Sequence record: SRR16203515_19538
Strand: one strand, 5' to 3'
Length of the DNA stretch: 14,719 bases
A program made the translations under genes and the position numbers. The first letter of the stretch is position 1. The number at the start of each line of letters is the position of its first letter. Under the pieces are notes generated by a model. That model was not told the DNA's origin, made no database searches, and saw only the letters and a list, made by a program, of their open reading frames with translations. Of this stretch, positions 8,523-14,719 are shown in pieces.

Positions 8523-9202
8523 CCCATCCAGTCCATAAGCACCTCAATCGGGCACCCAGAACCGTAGCCCTGCCCTACCCCGTCAGTCGCCCAACCTCCG
8601 ATTTGATCGGCGATGTCTGCAGGGCATTGCACAGCACGTAACCGGTCACGCATTGAAAGTCGAAAGCTGTGCATCGTGCAGCCCGCAGGGACATAGTTCC
8701 TCAGCCACTTGTTAATTGCAGCACTCGCCGAATTTGAACTGGTACGTGATCCACGATTGTATCTAGGGAACGCAAAAGTAGAAGTGTACGCTTCTTGCAG
8801 TATTCTGTTAGCAGCCCAGAGGGCCATTCCAGATAACGGTATTACTCTTGCACTAGCAGACGTCTTCAGACTGCGCCACGAGTGAGGACGCACCTCCACG
8901 AAAGGAATATCGCCCTGAAGGTTAAAGTCACTCAGTGACAGCCCTGCAGCTTCTGCCAGCCGCATTCCAGTATCTGACACCAAAGCTACAAGCCATCGGA
9001 TATCATCATCAATCTGCATACACTCTCGCTGAACACGGCGAAGGTCACCTATTGGGATAGGCTTTCGGGTGATAACACCCTTTGACCGATCATGGTACAC
9101 GCCCACAAAGGGATTACGGACATCCAAGGCAAATTCGGACAGGGCGAAGTTGATCACTGCTTTGACGTAGGAAAAGTTGCGGGTGACGCTTGATCCCGTT
9201 AA
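8492..9202 (-). pseudogene. 5'-truncated tyrosine recombinase/integrase
   Basis: Catalytic domain motifs DTGMRLAE, LKT..S.RVIPL, HSFR, IGGW and GQGYG. The frame continues upstream of the called GTG as LTGSSVTRNFSYVKAVINFA to about 9202, then meets TAA at 9218-9220. The N-terminal domains are absent. Confidence 0.88.
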
Positions 9203-9283
9203 ACGGATTGTGCGTATTTACTGGGCGGATGGTACTTTTGTAGGTGAAATGTATTTCTAACTATATGCAGAAATCTACCATCC

Positions 9284-9949
9284 CTACATCTTAAAATCTG
9301 CGATACCAAACCAACCACGATTAAAAAATAAGTTTGCGCCAACGTCTGATGACCTAATTTCTAATTCAGAGCGTGGTTCCAATTCAAACGTAGCATAGTC
9401 AGTTGGGACACCATTCACAAAGCTGTCATATATATTCAAATTGATAGGACGCCGTGTATCGTTGTTTAGTGTAACAACAAATCCTACCTGTGAAGCATCC
9501 AATGTAGCGAAAAGCAGTGCGCTTTCTATATCATTTATCGCCCTAGGAAGCATTGGATTGGCCTGCATGTTCAAATAATACACGCCGTCTACGCTCTCTT
9601 CTACAATCAATCCAACAATGCCATTGAAGCTATCTGCTTGGGACGTTGTAGAGAGTACAACAGTTGCAGTGAACTCTACGTTTGCCAATGCGAAAAAATT
9701 ATCCTCATCTGAGCTGCACGACTGTAGTATGCCATCCATGCCATATGTCTTCAAAATACCCAAAACCTGTCCGATTTCAGACTGACAGCTATCAACATCG
9801 GACGTAGGTATTTTGAGGAAAATTGGAATATCTATCGGTTGCTTGTCAGCAATAACGTCTTGAACGTCTCTTATGTAAAAGGTCGGGGTCACGTTAAAAT
9901 TACACGCCGACATAAACATTACACACACAACTGCTAGTATTTTCCGCAT
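9284..9949 (-). CDS. Hypothetical lipoprotein
   Basis: Type II signal peptide MRKILAVVCVMFMSA-C with a lipobox-like MSAC. 221 aa, AT-rich. Confidence 0.8.
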   Translation of the reverse strand: MRKILAVVCVMFMSACNFNVTPTFYIRDVQDVIADKQPIDIPIFLKIPTSDVDSCQSEIGQVLGILKTYGMDGILQSCSSDEDNFFALANVEFTATVVLSTTSQADSFNGIVGLIVEESVDGVYYLNMQANPMLPRAINDIESALLFATLDASQVGFVVTLNNDTRRPINLNIYDSFVNGVPTDYATFELEPRSELEIRSSDVGANLFFNRGWFGIADFKM

Positions 9950-10043
9950 AGTTTCAATCTCATTACACTTTCAAAAAGGGTATTTCAGCTGAACAAAAAG
10001 TCAAAAACAGTAAGTCGCAATAGCGATCGGTAAACTTTGTCAT

Positions 10044-10087
10044 TTTTGTCATTGATCTTGTTTTGCAAAGTGTTGCCCTGTGCAGAA
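10044..10087 (-). repeat. Degenerate copy of the tRNA-Phe att site and flank
   Basis: 10044-10080 matches 14604-14640 ungapped at 31/37 positions (offset 4560). It continues as tgcagaa versus gggcggaa. Confidence 0.8.
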
Positions 10088-10215
10088 CTTAACAACAAAC
10101 ACCAGGATGTTGCAGTCTGCTGTTGACCCATCGTAAATTAGTCACGAAACATATCATAGCAGTCCTAAAATCGATCAAAATGTAAGGACTACCTGAAAAC
10201 ATGAAAAGGTGACGC

Positions 10216-11376
10216 ATGCACTGGCGGACAAAACTTTTAGATCCAACTCCACATGCAAGACGCGATTATGCGTCACTTGCGACCCCAATTTACAGAGGCT
10301 CTACCGTTCTATTCAATGAACAATCCGCTGTAACTGATGATTGGAGACAAGCAGAAAATGGATATTCGTATGGACTTTATGGAACTCCAACAACACTTGA
10401 ACTTGCAAGTCGCATTGCAGATATCGAAGGTGCAAGAGAGACATTTATTGTTCCGGGTGGTCAAGCCGCGATTGCATTGATTTATCTGTCATATTGCGAG
10501 TCAGGAAGCCATGCATTAGTGCCCTTTTCGGCATATGGCCCCAATAAAGCAATTGCAGAAGGTTTGATGCGCGGCTTTGGCGTTGAAGTAGAAGAATATG
10601 ATCCCATGATTGGGGCAGGCATATCTGGCTTAATTCGTGAAAACACCAAACTGATTTGGTGCGAAAGTCCAGGCTCAGTAACCATGGAAATTCAAGATAT
10701 TCCAGCAATTGTATCCGCAGCTCAATCAATGGATGTAGCCGTTGCATTGGATAATACATACTCAGCCGGTGTTATGTTTGATGCCTTTTCATATGGTGTT
10801 GACGTAAGTATGCAGGCTTTAACAAAATACGTCGGAGGTCACAGCGATCTACTGCTTGGCGCTGTATCTGCACGAGACGACTCAGCTTATTCCAAGCTAG
10901 GTCCAGTATATCAACAGCTAGGGCTCGCTGTATCTCCCGACGATTGTGGTCTAGCGTTACGAGGAATACAGACGTTAGGCGTGCGCTTAGATGCTTTGGA
11001 AAAATCTACACTGCAAATCGCAAACTGGTTAGAAAAACATCCGTTAATAGAAAAAGTATTACATCCTGCTCTGCCTACATGTCCGGGTCATGAGATTTGG
11101 AAGCGTGATTTCTCCGGATCCAGCAGCGTGTTTTCTTTCGTATTTAAAAATTACATTAGCGTCGCACAGGCAGAAACCTTTATAAATTCTTTAGAAGTTT
11201 TCAGAATAGGTATGAGCTGGGGCGGCGTACATAGTCTCGCAGTAATCTACCCCGACTTGCTAAGACCAAATAAAGATTTTGGCGGCGCAATAGTACGACT
11301 GAATATAGGGCTCGAACAAACTGATGATCTCATCTCGGATCTTTCACAGGCGTTGCAAAAGACTACGCCCAAATAA
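10216..11376 (+). CDS. metC: Cystathionine beta-lyase family PLP enzyme
   Basis: PIYRGSTV, YGLYGTPT, ESPGS, DNTYS, PLP motif ALTKYVGGHSD, GMSWGG and RLNIGLE. Confidence 0.9.
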   Translation: MHWRTKLLDPTPHARRDYASLATPIYRGSTVLFNEQSAVTDDWRQAENGYSYGLYGTPTTLELASRIADIEGARETFIVPGGQAAIALIYLSYCESGSHALVPFSAYGPNKAIAEGLMRGFGVEVEEYDPMIGAGISGLIRENTKLIWCESPGSVTMEIQDIPAIVSAAQSMDVAVALDNTYSAGVMFDAFSYGVDVSMQALTKYVGGHSDLLLGAVSARDDSAYSKLGPVYQQLGLAVSPDDCGLALRGIQTLGVRLDALEKSTLQIANWLEKHPLIEKVLHPALPTCPGHEIWKRDFSGSSSVFSFVFKNYISVAQAETFINSLEVFRIGMSWGGVHSLAVIYPDLLRPNKDFGGAIVRLNIGLEQTDDLISDLSQALQKTTPK

Positions 11377-11463
11377 AATCATCATGAGCACTATGTTCAA
11401 GGCTACCTATCAAGCAAACGACATAATCATCCCAAACCGGAACCTTTAAAGAACTAGCGCTTA

Positions 11464-12630
11464 TTATATCATTGGCAGCTCAGGTTGAGCACGTTCGGTC
11501 AAAAGTCTAGCTTGGCCTTCCGAAACAACAATATTCTCTTCATGAACCATCATCTTGCCGTTTCCATAGCTAAGAGACGGTTCTATCGTAAGCACCATAT
11601 TTTCCTTAAGAACAGTCGTATCAAATATAGCATGTGAAGGCTGTTCTGTTAGTTGCATTCCAAGGCCATGGCCAAGTCTTCCTATTTCACCACCACTATC
11701 ATCAATTTCTGCAATTACAGTAGACATTGCCACATAAAGGTCACGGCAGGTGGCACCTGGGCGTGCAGCGTCAATTCCAGCTTGGGTGGCACGCCAAAGT
11801 ACATCGTATGCACGACAAGCTAACTCATCAGCTTGACCGATAGCCCAGTTGCGGTCGAAGTCGCAAAAATATCCGTCCCATACACAGCCTGTGTCCAGCA
11901 TTAACACATCACCGTTTTGCAATGGCCGTGAAGAGGGCGGCGATATAACATCGGCATACCCACCCTGGTCAGCAGCACCGACTACATACGGAGCGTTATC
12001 AGCACCAAGCTCTATTGCAGTACGTCGGAACTCACGGAAAACCGCATCGAGCGGCATGCCTTCCTTCAGGAACTCCGGGGCCGCGGCAAATGCGCCTGAT
12101 CCAATCGCACAAATGTGCTCGAGCTTTTCAACTTCCGCTGGCGTCTTCACCATTCGCAAACTTTGTACGAGGCCTGTAGCATCTGCGATCTGCATGCCTG
12201 GCAAAGCCGCAATAAGGCGCTCCCAGTCTGCTAGGGGCATACGAAGGCAAGTTTCATGTCCCTTCATTATTCCGATACATTCGCGTTTTCTTGCTAGCGG
12301 CGAAAGTATCTCCATAAGCAGACTAATTCCATCGTCTTTTGGGCTAGGAGCTGGCCAAGTACGCACGTCATCGAGCCAGCCCCTACGCATCAATTCTGCT
12401 CCAATTTCTGGGATGACTGCTATTGGTTTGCCTTCAGCAGGAATAAATAAGAACCATGGGCGGGTTGGACTTTGCCAAAATAGAGTATTGAACCCACTAA
12501 AATAGTAAAGTTCCGGTTCAGTCATCAACAAAAGTCCCTCTAGTCCGTCGATAGCCATTAGTGCCTGCGCCCGCTCGGTGCGAGAGCGGTATTCCTCAGG
12601 TTCAAATCCGCGTGATGGTAATGTCAACAT
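11464..12630 (-). CDS. M24 (Xaa-Pro peptidase fold) metallohydrolase
   Basis: Creatinase-like N-terminus (F..EEY..R) and RMVKTPAE. Metal ligands in LDTG, YFCDFDR, GHGLG, TIEP and VHEE. ATG 12630 has AAAGG upstream. Confidence 0.92.
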   Translation of the reverse strand: MLTLPSRGFEPEEYRSRTERAQALMAIDGLEGLLLMTEPELYYFSGFNTLFWQSPTRPWFLFIPAEGKPIAVIPEIGAELMRRGWLDDVRTWPAPSPKDDGISLLMEILSPLARKRECIGIMKGHETCLRMPLADWERLIAALPGMQIADATGLVQSLRMVKTPAEVEKLEHICAIGSGAFAAAPEFLKEGMPLDAVFREFRRTAIELGADNAPYVVGAADQGGYADVISPPSSRPLQNGDVLMLDTGCVWDGYFCDFDRNWAIGQADELACRAYDVLWRATQAGIDAARPGATCRDLYVAMSTVIAEIDDSGGEIGRLGHGLGMQLTEQPSHAIFDTTVLKENMVLTIEPSLSYGNGKMMVHEENIVVSEGQARLLTERAQPELPMI

Positions 12631-12760
12631 TGGCAACCTTTCGTACTTTTTAATAGCGTGAAAACTAAGTGAATATTCTGTACCAAAACTATCTACCGAA
12701 ATTGCATAAAAACAACCTTTTATCTTGACAAATCGATACAGAAAACTGTCCGCTAGGGAT

Positions 12761-12792
12761 TATGGAGTATACCATACGTGATTATACTATAC
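12761..12792. promoter_or_regulatory. Candidate GntR/FadR-type operator in divergent promoter
   Basis: Imperfect palindrome tatggagtataccata plus a second half-copy ttatactatac. TTGACA at 12725-12730. Confidence 0.4.
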
Positions 12793-12911
12793 GTCGATGA
12801 AAACTTCACTGATTGCACCGAAAGAAAAGCGAACTTTCGCCGCCTATTTCAGTGTGACGTTGTTCATAAAATGAACGGAAGAGCATCGTCGTATTTATAA
12901 GGGAGATGTTC

Positions 12912-13799
12912 ATGCGTAATTTAACACAGGAACAAATAGATGCTTTTTGGTATGACGGTTTTCTGGTGATAGAAGAAGCAGTTTCAAAAGGTGAGCTAAC
13001 CGAGCTTAAGGCTGAATTTAACGACTGGGTTGAAGAAAGTCGTTCACATAATGATGACTATGGTGAGACGTTGGATGGTCGTGCTAGATTTGACCTACAA
13101 CCGGGACATAGTGCTGACCGTCCGGCGCTTCGAAGAGTACAGTCACCTGAAGAAGTATCGCATGTATTCGAAAACACAATGCGAAATGCCAAAACTGTAG
13201 ACTTCTGCGCTGAACTTATTGGGCCTGGAATCCGATTTCATCACGGTAAGGTGAACTCTAAGCTGCCTGGTGCAGCAACGCAGATAAAGTGGCATCAGGA
13301 TTTTCCTTTTCAGCCCATGACAAACGATGACATGATTACCTGTCTTTTATTTATCGACGAAGTGACCCTAGAAAATGGCCCTCTCGAAGTTATCCCAGGT
13401 AGTCATAAAGGGCCAATTCACTCACATTGGCACGGAGGTATATTTACCGGAGCCGTAGATGACGCGATCATTGATGCACAGCGTGAGAAGATTGTGAAAT
13501 GCACTGGTAAGGCGGGGTCAGTTTGCTTGATGCATGTGAACTTATTGCACGGTTCTGCTCCAAACTTATCAGATTTCCCACGTACGCTCTATATCGCAAC
13601 CTATTATGCAGAAGACGCTATCGAGCTGAGCCCCAATCATTTACCTAGTAGATTGACACACGAATTTGTGCGCGGTGAACCTTCTGGTCGAGTTCGATGC
13701 ACAAACTATGAAATGGAGATCCCAGCAGTACCCAAAGGCACCTCTTTCTTCGGTCAACAAGAGGGCTCGGACGACGTTAAATTGGGAACGATCATGTAG
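12912..13799 (+). CDS. PhyH-family Fe(II)/2-oxoglutarate dioxygenase
   Basis: WHQD (HxD), ENGPL.VIPGSH and LLHGSAPN.S..PR. GGGAG RBS 6 nt before ATG 12912. Confidence 0.93.
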   Translation: MRNLTQEQIDAFWYDGFLVIEEAVSKGELTELKAEFNDWVEESRSHNDDYGETLDGRARFDLQPGHSADRPALRRVQSPEEVSHVFENTMRNAKTVDFCAELIGPGIRFHHGKVNSKLPGAATQIKWHQDFPFQPMTNDDMITCLLFIDEVTLENGPLEVIPGSHKGPIHSHWHGGIFTGAVDDAIIDAQREKIVKCTGKAGSVCLMHVNLLHGSAPNLSDFPRTLYIATYYAEDAIELSPNHLPSRLTHEFVRGEPSGRVRCTNYEMEIPAVPKGTSFFGQQEGSDDVKLGTIM

Positions 13800-13801
13800 C
13801 T

Positions 13802-14584
13802 ATGGAGAACACAACAGCAGATATGCCCATAACCATAGAAACATTAGAGTTTGACACCGACGCTGGATTGGGACACACCGCTCGGATTGGACTAATTGTT
13901 TTGCAAACAGACCAAACTATCGAATACGAATTCGCTCATATGTTTCATGTCCCTGACGTCGCACTTTACCATGCCAGGATCCCTAATGCGATGGAAGTGT
14001 CTCCAGAAACTTTGCGCAGAATGCAACTTGATCTTCCTGAAACTGCCGCCCTTCTTCCAGAGGCTTTCCAGTTTGACGCAATAGGATATGCTTGTACTTC
14101 AGGAGCCACAATGATTGGGGAGACCAAGGTCGACAAAATAATCCGAGAAGTTCATCCACAAGCCGCAACCTCCAATCCACTCACCGCATGTAAAGCCGCA
14201 TTCGAGAAATTGAAGCTAAGGAACATAGCGTTGGTCACTCCTTACTCGCCGGATGTCACGCTTGAGATGCAAGCCAATTTGCGAAGTGCTGGATTTAATA
14301 CGGTCGCAGTTGCCTCATTCAATCAGACTGATGATTTCACCGTTGCGCGGATCACATCGGAAAGTATCTTAAAAGCCATAACTAACGTTGGGGCGAGGGA
14401 TGAAGTAGACGGCGTGTTTGTTTCGTGTACCAGCCTTAGGACATTGAATATTATAAACGAAGCAGAATTGCAGATTGATAAGCCAGTAATCACTTCAAAT
14501 CAGGCCCTTGGGTGGCACCTGGCACGACTTTCAGGACTACGTTGTGCAAAGCATGAATTTGGACGCATTTTCACCTATTCGTAA
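13802..14584 (+). CDS. Asp/Glu racemase - maleate isomerase superfamily protein (EutA-like)
   Basis: IGLIVLQTDQTIE, two catalytic-type Cys motifs YACTSG and VSCTSL, TPY and KPVITSNQAL. Starts 2 nt after the PhyH stop. Confidence 0.9.
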   Translation: MENTTADMPITIETLEFDTDAGLGHTARIGLIVLQTDQTIEYEFAHMFHVPDVALYHARIPNAMEVSPETLRRMQLDLPETAALLPEAFQFDAIGYACTSGATMIGETKVDKIIREVHPQAATSNPLTACKAAFEKLKLRNIALVTPYSPDVTLEMQANLRSAGFNTVAVASFNQTDDFTVARITSESILKAITNVGARDEVDGVFVSCTSLRTLNIINEAELQIDKPVITSNQALGWHLARLSGLRCAKHEFGRIFTYS

Positions 14585-14630
14585 TATTCAGCACAAAAAT
14601 AACTTTTGTCATTGATATTGTTTTTGAAAG

Positions 14631-14676
14631 TGGTGACCGGGGGCGGAATCGAACCACCGACACGAAGATTTTCAAT
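14631..14676 (-). repeat. 3' half of tRNA-Phe(GAA), att-site fragment
   Basis: Minus strand ATTGAAAATCTTCGTGTCGGTGGTTCGATTCCGCCCCCGGTCACCA contains an anticodon loop with GAA, a T arm and CCA. No D arm or 5' acceptor strand lies upstream. Confidence 0.9.
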
Positions 14677-14719
14677 AGAGATGGCAATAAATAATTAAAT
14701 GAATACAGTAAGTTGTATG

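Larger units (their letters stand above)
5927..14719. mobile_element. Mosaic genomic island associated with a tRNA-Phe hotspot
   Basis: Integrase remnant, tRNA 3' fragments, a pseudogene, unrelated cargo modules and visibly more AT-rich sequence than the left part. The boundaries are approximate and the island probably continues to the right. Confidence 0.75.

Noticed and set aside
9966-9977. cactttcaaaaa, an exact 12-nt inverted match to 14621-14632
   Set aside because: Short, AT-rich and not extendable, so plausible by chance.
11849-12505. 218-aa plus-strand ORF, and the other short overlapping ORFs
   Set aside because: Antisense or alternate-frame shadows of well-supported genes.
11464-12630. 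DMSP lyase dddP or ectoine hydrolase doeA
   Set aside because: Only the M24 fold is evident, and I cannot recognise subfamily-specific sequence.
12912-13799. Ectoine hydroxylase ectD
   Set aside because: Lacks the EctD signature sequence and no ectABC genes are nearby.
14631-14676. Functional tRNA-Phe gene
   Set aside because: The 5' half (acceptor 5' strand and D arm) is absent.
1-14719. CRISPR array, integron attC array or anti-phage defence operon
   Set aside because: No regularly spaced repeats or recognisable cas, intI or defence genes were seen.

Overview
Marine Rhodobacteraceae (Roseobacter-group)-like chromosome segment in two parts. Left (about 430-5920) is core-type DNA: rpsD with a structured leader and terminator, a hisC-tyrC-PaaI thioesterase unit, two small hypothetical genes, and a GPH/MFS transporter with an ECF11 (RpoE/ChrR)-type promoter. 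At the far left it joins abruptly to a fragment of a mobile-element AAA helicase. Right (about 5925-14719) is a more AT-rich mosaic genomic island. It carries an rpsU (S21) paralogue with one internal amber codon that the ORF track misses, a divergent htpG, a 5'-truncated tyrosine integrase and a lipoprotein. It also carries a 4.56-kb catabolic cassette (MetC-like C-S lyase, M24 hydrolase, PhyH dioxygenase, EutA-like two-Cys racemase) bracketed by direct repeats built on the 3' half of tRNA-Phe, which look like att scars. The best leads are the cassette, whose substrate is unknown, the att-repeat architecture and the hidden S21-HtpG pair. All family calls are by eye; no searches were run.
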